Positions 1 to 6,734 of a DNA stretch of 23,413 nt are shown piece after piece. A program made the position numbers and the translations under genes. The stretch lies in contig JAWABM010000007.1 of NCBI GenBank assembly GCA_038999215.1, positions 9,580-32,992 of the forward strand. The letters run 5' to 3'. This DNA comes from Candidatus Aenigmatarchaeota archaeon (GTDB lineage: Archaea > Aenigmatarchaeota > Aenigmatarchaeia > Aenigmatarchaeales > JACQIB01). The notes under the pieces are model-generated. The model saw only the letters and a program-made list of their open reading frames with translations, made no database searches and had not been told where the DNA came from. The number at the start of each line of letters is the position of its first letter. Position 1 is the first letter of the stretch.

Positions 1-335
1 CACTCCCTTATTCCGCGGTCGACGACCCTGGCTATCTCTATGGCGTGCTCGTCCGGCGGGCCAGGCTCGAAGTCAGGCGAGGCTATAGGCAGCAGCTCCG
101 CGTCCACTACGAGGTTGCCCTCGTCAGGAGTGTCCGGATATGGCTCCATCACGTCCATCTTGACCCCGGCGAGGACAAGGCTGTTGCCTATCTTTACCCT
201 TGCCGAGCCTTCGGCGCTAGTAACGACGTTCGTTTCTATGCTCACTTCCCTGAATTGGTCGAAGGACCTGCCGTCCAAACGGACCTTGCTGTCCTCCATC
301 ATCTTCTTTATGTACCTGTCTTGCATATCCATCAT
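1..335 (-). CDS. rrp42: Exosome complex component Rrp42 (5' part; runs off the window edge)
   Basis: Not in the ORF track. Manual translation from ATG at 335, which overlaps the rrp41 stop as ATGA: MMDMQDRYIKKMMEDSKVRLDGRSFDQFREVSIETNVVTSAEGSARVKIGNSLVLAGVKMDVMEPYPDTPDEGNLVVDAELLPIASPDFEPGPPDEHAIEIARVVDRGIRE. The RLDGR, AEGSARV, PYPDTPDEG and FEPGPP..AIE.ARVVDRGIRE motifs are those of Rrp42. Canonical position after rrp41. Confidence 0.95.
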   Translation of the reverse strand, partial: MMDMQDRYIKKMMEDSKVRLDGRSFDQFREVSIETNVVTSAEGSARVKIGNSLVLAGVKMDVMEPYPDTPDEGNLVVDAELLPIASPDFEPGPPDEHAIEIARVVDRGIRE

Positions 336-1069
336 TCCTCCCCTCCGAAGTTCGCCGCATACCTTTTCCTCAAGGTTTCCTTCTGCAGGTTGTGTATCTC
401 TGCGCAGCCCCTTACGGCAAGGTCCAGCGCATCGCTGAACTCTTCCAAGGTAATCACGCCGTCGAGCTGCAGCAGGACGATACGGTCGCTCCCGCCTATG
501 GTGGCCAATGCCATGTCCACCTCTCCGAAGTTGTCCTCCAGGCCCGCGACATCAAGCACTATCTTGCCGTCGACTTTCCCAACGGAACAGGACGCGACAA
601 GGTCGCGCATAGGTATGCCGGCGTCAGCCAAGGCTATCGCGGTGGCGTTCAAACCTGCGCACCTCGTCGACGCATCCGCCTGTATGATCTCCACGAAGGC
701 GTCTATCGCGGTCTTCGGGTTGTCCTCGAGGAACATCACCGATGTGAGAGCCTCGGTGACGACCTTGGATATCTCTATGCTCCTCCTGCTGTGGCCCGGC
801 CTCGAACGCTCGCCGGTGGAGAAAGGCGCCATGCTGTATTTGCAGCGCAGTATCGCGCGCTGAGGCTGCATCATGTGGCGCGGGTGGACCTTTCGAGGTC
901 CGTAGACCGCCGCGATGGCCTTCGTGTTCGCGAACTCGAATCTTCCAGATCCGCAGGCTTTCTCAAGCATCCCCGCTTCGGCTATGAGCGGACGGAACTC
1001 GTCGAGCCTCCTTCCATCGAGCCTCTTGCCGTGCTCTATCATCTTTTCCGGCGCACCTACTTTCGTCAT
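332..1069 (-). CDS. rrp41: Exosome complex exonuclease Rrp41 (RNase PH family)
   Basis: Motifs RLDGRR.DEFRP, AVYGPR, YSMAPFST.ER.RPG.SRRSIEISKV, QADASTRCAG and LDVAGLEDNFGEVDM. Start moved to ATG 1069 (MTKVG), which follows GAGGAGGGGG within the end of rrp4. Confidence 0.96.
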   Translation of the reverse strand: MTKVGAPEKMIEHGKRLDGRRLDEFRPLIAEAGMLEKACGSGRFEFANTKAIAAVYGPRKVHPRHMMQPQRAILRCKYSMAPFSTGERSRPGHSRRSIEISKVVTEALTSVMFLEDNPKTAIDAFVEIIQADASTRCAGLNATAIALADAGIPMRDLVASCSVGKVDGKIVLDVAGLEDNFGEVDMALATIGGSDRIVLLQLDGVITLEEFSDALDLAVRGCAEIHNLQKETLRKRYAANFGGEE

Positions 1070-1070
1070 A

Positions 1071-1760
1071 TCAAGCCCCCTCCTCAAGCATCCTGGTCAT
1101 CCTGTCCGTCAGCCCTTCTGTGTGAGCCTCCTTCTCCACCATGTTTATGGCCCTGGAAGCGAGCGCCTCGTTTGTGCCGCGGAACCAGACGATGCCGTTC
1201 TGCCCCACGACTATCTGGCAGCCGGTCTTGTTCTTTATAAGCTCTATCATGGAGCCGGCCTTGCCGATGAGCCTTGGCACTTTCGATGGCGTGATATGCA
1301 TCACCCTGCCTCCGGTAAGCTTCTTGGACCTGTAGTCGGCCATTGTCAGCGAGACGTTCTTCGCCTTGGTGACGTTCAGCACCTTCGCATAAATCACATC
1401 GCCTATGTCGAAGTAGACCGAGATGTCGGTCTTGTACACATCCACGTAGTCGCGCACAGCCTCGCCCAGCTGCAGTATCGCGTCGTACGGGCTGTTTATG
1501 TCGACTATCCAGAACGTATTCTGCATCTCTATTATCTTGCCTATTATTCCGTCCCCTGGCTTGGGCACATAGACGCCTGCGAGCGGAATAACGCTCAGCA
1601 TCCTGTCCTTGACCCTGACCAGGCCCAGGAACTTCGACCTTATCTCGTTCTCTGTCCTGTAGCAGCCCTGCCCCGGCAGGAACTCGAGCCCTCTTGCGAG
1701 GGTGTCCCCCGGAATGGCAAGGTCCTTCTCATTCTTCACCAGTTCCGATTTTTCATTCAT
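1071..1760 (-). CDS. rrp4: Exosome complex RNA-binding cap protein Rrp4 (S1 + KH)
   Basis: IPGD N-terminus, YVPKPGDGIIGKI, WIVDINSPYDA.L (S1), ITPSKVPRLIGKAGSMI (KH) and IVVGQNGIVW. Position in the operon. Confidence 0.96.
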   Translation of the reverse strand: MNEKSELVKNEKDLAIPGDTLARGLEFLPGQGCYRTENEIRSKFLGLVRVKDRMLSVIPLAGVYVPKPGDGIIGKIIEMQNTFWIVDINSPYDAILQLGEAVRDYVDVYKTDISVYFDIGDVIYAKVLNVTKAKNVSLTMADYRSKKLTGGRVMHITPSKVPRLIGKAGSMIELIKNKTGCQIVVGQNGIVWFRGTNEALASRAINMVEKEAHTEGLTDRMTRMLEEGA

Positions 1761-1763
1761 ATT

Positions 1764-2471
1764 TTAACCTCCTTTCTTCATTATCTTGACCTGTACGTCG
1801 CCGTGGGTCAGCGCGTTCAGCTTGCCGTAAAGGTCGTTCTGGGCGGCCGCAACGAGCTCGACAACGGCCATGTAGCTGCCGTCGCCGCCCCATTCCTCCC
1901 TCACAACATTTCCGAAGCTCCTGACTATCCCGGCCGCCTTGGCGGCGTACTGGGCACCCACTTTCACGGCGACCTGCACCTTCTCGAAGCTCACGGGCAA
2001 TATCCTCTGTATCTCCCTGACAACAGCTTCGACCTGCTCCTCGGGCCTCCTGCCCATCTCGATGCGGACCCGAGCCTGCTCCATGGCGTGGAGTATGCGC
2101 TCGGGCGGGTGCGGCAGGCCGGTCTGCGGGTTCACGCCGTTCCTCGAGATTATCGTGGCAATCGCCCTAGTCTTCTCCTCGACCATCCTCTGCCTCTGCT
2201 CCGTCGTGAGCTGCAGCTCGCCGTCCCTGATTATCTTTTTTGCGACATCATGCATGCTGTTGGTCCCGAAGGCCTTGTTGACATCTTCGGGCGACATCCT
2301 TGTCCCTTTCTTTATGTCCTCAAAGACCTCGGAGACGGCGACAAGGTCGTCCACAGGCACGTCCTTGCCCGCCTTGACCTCCAGAGCCTTCTCAGGGTCG
2401 ACCAGAATCTCAAACTTCTTTCCGGCCCTCGCAAGCCTGGCTACGACTGCCTTGTCGACAGAAATCGCCAT
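1764..2471 (-). CDS. SBDS: Ribosome maturation protein SBDS/Sdo1
   Basis: VVARL...GKKFEILVDP, LQLTTEQR, NPQTGLPHPPERI..AMEQA and C-terminal REEW..DGS. Canonical position between psmA and rrp4. Confidence 0.96.
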   Translation of the reverse strand: MAISVDKAVVARLARAGKKFEILVDPEKALEVKAGKDVPVDDLVAVSEVFEDIKKGTRMSPEDVNKAFGTNSMHDVAKKIIRDGELQLTTEQRQRMVEEKTRAIATIISRNGVNPQTGLPHPPERILHAMEQARVRIEMGRRPEEQVEAVVREIQRILPVSFEKVQVAVKVGAQYAAKAAGIVRSFGNVVREEWGGDGSYMAVVELVAAAQNDLYGKLNALTHGDVQVKIMKKGG

Positions 2472-2514
2472 GTAACTGACCTCATGTATTACTCAACCCC
2501 CGTATTACGGTTTT

Positions 2515-3228
2515 TTACCAGTATTTCTTTATGAACTTGGCGCCCTCTTCCCCGTACCATTTCCTGAAGCCCTTAGTATCAACCACCACGAGCTCTATCT
2601 CGTTCGGCTTTATGCCCTTCTCTCCGGCCTTGAGCCCGTTCAATGCGAGCCCGATGGCATCGTCCATGCCCATCTTCTCCTTCCAGCCGTCCCTCAGCAC
2701 CTTCACCGCGTCCTGGCTACCCTTGCCTATCGCCTGCGCCTTCCACGCGTAGAAAGCGGAGGACGGGTCGACCTCGAACAGCTGCGGCCCCTTCTCGTCA
2801 ATTCCGCCTATGAGCAGCGCGACGCCGAACGGCCGCACACCTCCGAACTGCGTGAAGAGCTGCATCCTGTCGGAGACTTCGCGGACCATTCCCTGCACGT
2901 CTATGGGCTCGTCGTAAGTGAGCCTGTAGACCTGCGCCTTTGTCCTTCCGCCTTCGATGAGCACCCGGCCATCAGCCAAAAAACCTGATATCGCAGCAGC
3001 GACGTGGTCGTCAAGCTGGTGCACCTTGTCGCTCCCGCTGTTCGGGATTGCAAGCGAGGTGAGCGGCCTGACAGCTGCCAGCACAATGCCGTCGCTGAAG
3101 ACAACGCCGAGGGAAGTGGTCCCTCGCTTCACAGCTTCGCGCGCGTACTCGACCTGGAACAAGCGTCCGTCAGGCGAGAACGTCACAATCGCTCTATCAT
3201 AACCCATGAAGTCAGGCATAGATTCCAT
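2515..3228 (-). CDS. psmA: Proteasome alpha subunit
   Basis: GYDRAIVTFSPDGRLFQVEYAREAVKRG alpha-subunit signature, TQFGGVRPFGVALL and LFEVDPS. Strong SD GAGGAGGT upstream of the ATG. Confidence 0.97.
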   Translation of the reverse strand: MESMPDFMGYDRAIVTFSPDGRLFQVEYAREAVKRGTTSLGVVFSDGIVLAAVRPLTSLAIPNSGSDKVHQLDDHVAAAISGFLADGRVLIEGGRTKAQVYRLTYDEPIDVQGMVREVSDRMQLFTQFGGVRPFGVALLIGGIDEKGPQLFEVDPSSAFYAWKAQAIGKGSQDAVKVLRDGWKEKMGMDDAIGLALNGLKAGEKGIKPNEIELVVVDTKGFRKWYGEEGAKFIKKYW

Positions 3229-3234
3229 ATAATT

Positions 3235-3297
3235 ACCTCCTCTATATTATTACTCTCTGATTTTTACTAATTGCTATTGCAAGTACAAGTTTATAAA
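3235..3297 (-). promoter_or_regulatory. Putative promoter (TATA box) and SD for the psmA-SBDS-exosome genes
   Basis: Minus strand TTTATAA at 3297-3291, then an AT-rich leader and GAGGAGGT at 3242-3235. Confidence 0.55.
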
Positions 3298-3530
3298 GGT
3301 TTACGGGCCAGCATCCTCCTTCTCTCCTTGCGCGGGCTCTCCTTGCCGGCATATTCGCATTTGCGCGGCCTGCCCGCCGGCGCGAGCCTCTTCCATGCCA
3401 GGCCTCAGCAGCAGCGCTCCTCGCCCTCCTGCTCATAATAATGGCCGCAGCCGTCGCAGTCCTTTGTGCGGAGCTTGTAAGAGCCGTCCCATTCGCTGTA
3501 GTTCTCCGGAGGGAACGGCTGGCCTTTCAT
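3291..3530 (-). pseudogene. Small Cys-rich ORF of 79 codons with an internal in-frame TGA (nonsense-mutated gene or read-through candidate)
   Basis: ATG at 3530 overlaps the upstream stop as ATGA. Translation: MKGQPFPPENYSEWDGSYKLRTKDCDGCGHYYEQEGEERCC*GLAWKRLAPAGRPRKCEYAGKESPRKERRRMLARKPL*. TGA is at 3407-3405 (codon 42). The frame stays open and coding-like to TAA at 3293-3291 and fills the gap to the psmA promoter. Confidence 0.6.
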
Positions 3531-4597
3531 GCCCTCGCCAGCTTCAGCGGCGCTATCTTGCGGAGCTCGATGTCTATCTCATCGGCTATGCGCCGGGCGA
3601 GGGGCGTGCGCTCCCTTATCTCGCGGTTCACGAGCCGCATGACGCCCTTCGTGGGCAGGCCGTACTTCTCTATGGCCTTGTCCTTGAGCTCCATGTTGGA
3701 CCTGTCAATCTTTCCTATCAGCTCTTTAACTATCTCGCCGGTAAGCACGGCATATTTCGGCCTGCTCACGACGTCAAGGTACTGCTTGACGGACCTCCTA
3801 TCTGTCTCGTAGAAAGCGGCCTCGCCGCCCTCAATGTACTCGGCTTCGGTGCCGTCCTCGTTCTCCACGTAGAAGCTGAAGTCGTTCGCATCCTCGATGA
3901 AATCCTTTCCCATCACGACCGGATTATCGCTGCCGTGGTCTATCCTTCCCCAGTTACCCACGCTCCAGGAGCCGTGCTGGTTGTAGGCATGCCCGCCCGA
4001 GTCGTTGAAGCAGCAGGCGATGACGTTCTGCCTTACGCCTTCATTGAGCCTGTCGATTATGCTCTTCGAAGAAACATTGTTAGAGACCCTTATAGCATGG
4101 TGCGCGCCCCAGGCAGTGCCCTCGCAGTCATCGGCTATGTCCTCCGGCCATGGCCAGGACCCGCTCCTGTCCGCCCACCTTGTCCAGAAAAAGTCCTTCG
4201 GCGTCCTCCACTCGTCCTCCCCGACCTCGTCCGCATAATAATGATACCTGTGCCTGAGAAACTGGTTCATCCTCGTGATGTCGCTTATCACCTTTTCGAA
4301 CTTCTCGTAGCCCTTCTTCTTCTCGTTCAGTCCCATGGGTATGTCCTTGGCAGGCGACCAGTAGTAGGTGAACCAGTCGGACAGATTATTCCAGAACTGC
4401 GAGGAAGCGGCCTTCGGCGACATTGTCGGCGACGGCTTGGGAACGAACGCCCCGCCTATCCTCCCGCCCAGCTTCTCGAGCATGTAGGCCTTCTCGTCGC
4501 TGCCGTAATTCTTGCTGTAGAACTTGAAAGAATTTATCATCTCGCTTCCGTACCTGGCCTTCGCAAGCTCCTTCTTGAACTCATAATCGACCGCCAT
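3527..4597 (-). CDS. Hypothetical protein with a transglutaminase-like cysteine peptidase (BTLCP/C93-like) core
   Basis: YYADEVGEDEWRTPKDF...ADDCEGTA (Cys codon 4126-4124)...GGHAYN (His codon 3991-3989) resembles the Y.xD...D.W.TP...GDCED.A...H pattern of LapG/BTLCP proteins. No signal peptide. Start taken at ATG 4597 (MAVDY). Confidence 0.65.
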   Translation of the reverse strand: MAVDYEFKKELAKARYGSEMINSFKFYSKNYGSDEKAYMLEKLGGRIGGAFVPKPSPTMSPKAASSQFWNNLSDWFTYYWSPAKDIPMGLNEKKKGYEKFEKVISDITRMNQFLRHRYHYYADEVGEDEWRTPKDFFWTRWADRSGSWPWPEDIADDCEGTAWGAHHAIRVSNNVSSKSIIDRLNEGVRQNVIACCFNDSGGHAYNQHGSWSVGNWGRIDHGSDNPVVMGKDFIEDANDFSFYVENEDGTEAEYIEGGEAAFYETDRRSVKQYLDVVSRPKYAVLTGEIVKELIGKIDRSNMELKDKAIEKYGLPTKGVMRLVNREIRERTPLARRIADEIDIELRKIAPLKLARA

Positions 4598-4631
4598 TCG
4601 GGCCCCCGAAAACAATTGGACGCAAAAGGAT

Positions 4632-5015
4632 TTAAGCGAAACTCTGCAGGCTGCGCTCGCCGAAGAACTTCTGCCTGGCGGCCTTGGCGGTCCCGGATAT
4701 CCCGAGCACCTTTATTACTATCGGCATCTCTCCGACGCGCTGCACCAGCGCAAGCCCGGCCCTGACCTCCTCGACAGAGCCGTGCTCGCAGCGCAGAAGG
4801 CCGAGCTGCTTCTCATGATCCCACATGTTCCTCAATATCCACACTCGCGACTGGGAGGCGCCGAGCTCGCCCGTGAAGTTCATGAGCGAGTGCCACATGG
4901 CGGCCACGAGGTCGTCGAAGGAAACCTTCTTCTCGGACAGCACCTGGTAGGCCATATACCTGTGGTTCGGTCTCAGCGTCGGCGGAAGGTGCTGCGGCTT
5001 GTCATCCAACAACAT
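4632..5015 (-). CDS. pop5: Ribonuclease P protein component Pop5/Rpp14
   Basis: LPPTLRPNHRYMAYQV, GELGAS, GLLRCEH..VEEVRAGL and VLGISGT. Lies next to rpp30. Confidence 0.93.
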   Translation of the reverse strand: MLLDDKPQHLPPTLRPNHRYMAYQVLSEKKVSFDDLVAAMWHSLMNFTGELGASQSRVWILRNMWDHEKQLGLLRCEHGSVEEVRAGLALVQRVGEMPIVIKVLGISGTAKAARQKFFGERSLQSFA

Positions 5016-5727
5016 CCACCCCCTCTGTTATCGTCGCACCCATAAGCTTCTTCCTGTTGGCCTCTGTGATGGATGCCGGAATGTCCGAGAGGCACTGGAA
5101 GGATTTCCCGAAATCCAATCCAAGGACATTCACTATAGAAATCAGCTCCCTCGGGTCCCTCATGTCCCAGATGGACTGGCTGCCGGAGCAGACAACGACG
5201 CGGACCTTGAAATGCTCGGCAAGCCTGAGCATGGTCGCTATGTTCGCGAGCAGGCCTCCCCTGCCCTTCCTGAAGCTGTAAAGTATGGTCCTGAAATCCA
5301 CGCCCATTGCGACGCCGTTCGCAGCAGCGGCCTTCATGCAGACTTCGTCGAGGCCGCAGTCGTTCCTGCCCGCTTCGGGATGGATGAGGATGTCCACGCG
5401 CGAGTCCTCGCAGGCCGCCCTGTTGATGGCGTAAGCGCCGCCGCTCACCGCGACCACGAGCGCGTGCTCGCGGGCCTTAGCTATCATCTGCTTCAGCTCC
5501 ATTGGATTGGAGGCCTCTATCGTGACGCCCGGGTAAATTTCGATTCCTATCTCCCTTTCCGCCCTCTTCATCTCATCCTTGGCTATCCTCAGCTTCTCGA
5601 CGCTCTCGAACTTGTCGCAGACCGCTATGCCGGCGAAGCCGAGCTCCTTGGCGAACCTGGCGAGCTCCATTATGCTAGATGTCCCAATAGAAAAATTGCT
5701 CCTGACGTGCATGTCGTAAAACTTCAT
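5002..5727 (-). CDS. rpp30: Ribonuclease P protein component Rpp30 (PHP/TIM-barrel)
   Basis: MKFYDMHV, INRAACEDSRVDILIHPE, GLDEVCMKAAAANGVA and DMRDPRELI. Start moved to ATG 5727. Confidence 0.93.
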   Translation of the reverse strand: MKFYDMHVRSNFSIGTSSIMELARFAKELGFAGIAVCDKFESVEKLRIAKDEMKRAEREIGIEIYPGVTIEASNPMELKQMIAKAREHALVVAVSGGAYAINRAACEDSRVDILIHPEAGRNDCGLDEVCMKAAAANGVAMGVDFRTILYSFRKGRGGLLANIATMLRLAEHFKVRVVVCSGSQSIWDMRDPRELISIVNVLGLDFGKSFQCLSDIPASITEANRKKLMGATITEGVDVVG

Positions 5728-5822
5728 TTTTCCCACCAGGCGCTCCCGCATCGGCAGTGCACGCACCGGACCGCTGCAAAAGCCTATAGTATATAATATA
5801 TATCAAAGCGGCTACTTTTAAA
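5728..5822 (-). promoter_or_regulatory. Putative rpp30-pop5 promoter with a structured leader of about 60 nt
   Basis: Minus strand TTTAAAA at 5822-5816 and an AT-rich tract at 5804-5785. In the leader, GCUUUUGCA (5783-5775) can pair with UGCGGGAGC (5750-5742). Confidence 0.4.
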
Positions 5823-5828
5823 GCTTGC

Positions 5829-6368
5829 CTAAAGCAGCCTCTTCTCGAAGCCCTTTCCGCTTCCCCTCAGGCCGCGGCCGGATCTCCCCGCCGCAGTGAG
5901 GCCGCGGTAGGCCCGGCCCCTCTGGCAACAAATCCATTTCATCCTGGGGTCGTTCATTATGCACGGATGCGCAGGGTCCACGAGCACGACCTCGAACCAA
6001 AGGTTGCGGCCGTCCTCGGCCAGATAGTAGCTGTTAAGGACCTCTAGGTTCGGGAAATGCTTTGCCGCCCTGATTTCCGCGATGTGCTGGAGGCTCATCG
6101 CCGGCGGGAGCGAAGTGAAGGCGTAGTTCTTGTTCTTCCTGCCGCCCGCGAACTTCTCCCTCTTTCTGGTGCCTTTGGCTATCCTCGCCCTAGCGATTAT
6201 GAAGCCTTGCTTGGCCTTGTAGCCTACGGCATGCGCGCGGTCAAGGCGCATAGGGCGCTCAAGCTTGACTATGGCAGGCTCCTTCCTCCAAGAAATCAGC
6301 CTTTCTTTCATCAGCTTTGCCTGCTCTTCAGAGTTCCAGTTCTGCTGCATGTACTTGTAAAATCCCAC
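5829..6368 (-). CDS. rpl15e: 50S ribosomal protein L15e
   Basis: GTG start. WRKEPAIVKLERPMRLDRAHAVGYKAKQGF, HFPNLEVLNSYYLAEDG...WFEVVLVDPAHP and RGRAYRGLTAAG. Confidence 0.97.
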   Translation of the reverse strand: MGFYKYMQQNWNSEEQAKLMKERLISWRKEPAIVKLERPMRLDRAHAVGYKAKQGFIIARARIAKGTRKREKFAGGRKNKNYAFTSLPPAMSLQHIAEIRAAKHFPNLEVLNSYYLAEDGRNLWFEVVLVDPAHPCIMNDPRMKWICCQRGRAYRGLTAAGRSGRGLRGSGKGFEKRLL

Positions 6369-6408
6369 TCACATCACCCTCCCGGGTTTCGAGTTTTTCG
6401 ACGTAATC

Positions 6409-6433
6409 TATATATACGAAGAACCTTTATAAG
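6409..6433. promoter_or_regulatory. Divergent promoter region between rpl15e and the small membrane protein gene
   Basis: TATATATA at 6409-6416 and TTTATAAG at 6426-6433 in an AT-rich intergenic gap between divergent genes. Confidence 0.45.
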
Positions 6434-6448
6434 CTTTTAGGGATCCGA

Positions 6449-6667
6449 ATGAACATTATAAACATGCTGATAGGTGCGGCCCTCCTGATAATAGGCCTGT
6501 GGCTGCTCCTTCCGCCGATTGGCTATCCCTACCAGGGCATCGCCTGGGACAACTTCAAGTTCGTGGCGATGGGCCTGATACCAGTCATAGTGACGCTCGT
6601 CGGCTTCCTCATGGTATGGGTGGAGTTCGAGGAGAGGAAGGAAGGCGTAGCCAAGAGAAAGAAATGA
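6449..6667 (+). CDS. Small hypothetical membrane protein (2 predicted TM helices, charged tail)
   Basis: 72 aa with hydrophobic segments LIGAALLIIGLWLLL and FVAMGLIPVIVTLVGFLMVWV, then EFEERKEGVAKRKK. Confidence 0.75.
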   Translation: MNIINMLIGAALLIIGLWLLLPPIGYPYQGIAWDNFKFVAMGLIPVIVTLVGFLMVWVEFEERKEGVAKRKK

Positions 6668-6703
6668 AGCGCCCCGCCTCATCAGAGCCCGGGCGAATAG
6701 AAA

Positions 6704-6713
6704 TTTTTTTATT
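6704..6713 (+). promoter_or_regulatory. Putative TATA-like box for nre (may also act as the T-tract terminator of the upstream gene)
   Basis: TTTTTTTATT about 22-31 nt upstream of ATG 6735. Confidence 0.35.
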
Positions 6714-6734
6714 TCTTCGCTGCGCATCTAAATC

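Noticed and set aside
3405..3407. Genome-wide UGA reassignment (genetic code 4/25)
   Set aside because: TGA ends conserved genes at their expected C-termini (rrp41, rrp4, rli, nre), and Trp is encoded by TGG throughout.
3242..3436. 64-aa Arg/Ala-rich minus ORF from the track
   Set aside because: Low-complexity alternative frame that runs through the psmA promoter. The ATGA-coupled Cys-rich frame 3530-3291 explains the region better.
40..4765. Long plus-strand ORFs (45..863, 392..1240, 915..2534, 3395..4765 and others)
   Set aside because: Antisense shadows of well-supported minus-strand genes, expected with high GC3 codon bias. No recognisable motifs.
5728..5800. tRNA or RNase P RNA in the rpl15e-rpp30 gap
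   Set aside because: No cloverleaf or T-loop (TTCGA) consensus, and far too short for RNase P RNA. Kept only as a possible structured leader.
6668..6700. GC-rich imperfect hairpin (CGCCC...GGGCG) after the small membrane gene as a bacterial-type terminator
   Set aside because: The stem is interrupted and separated from the T-tract, which is equally explained as the nre TATA region.
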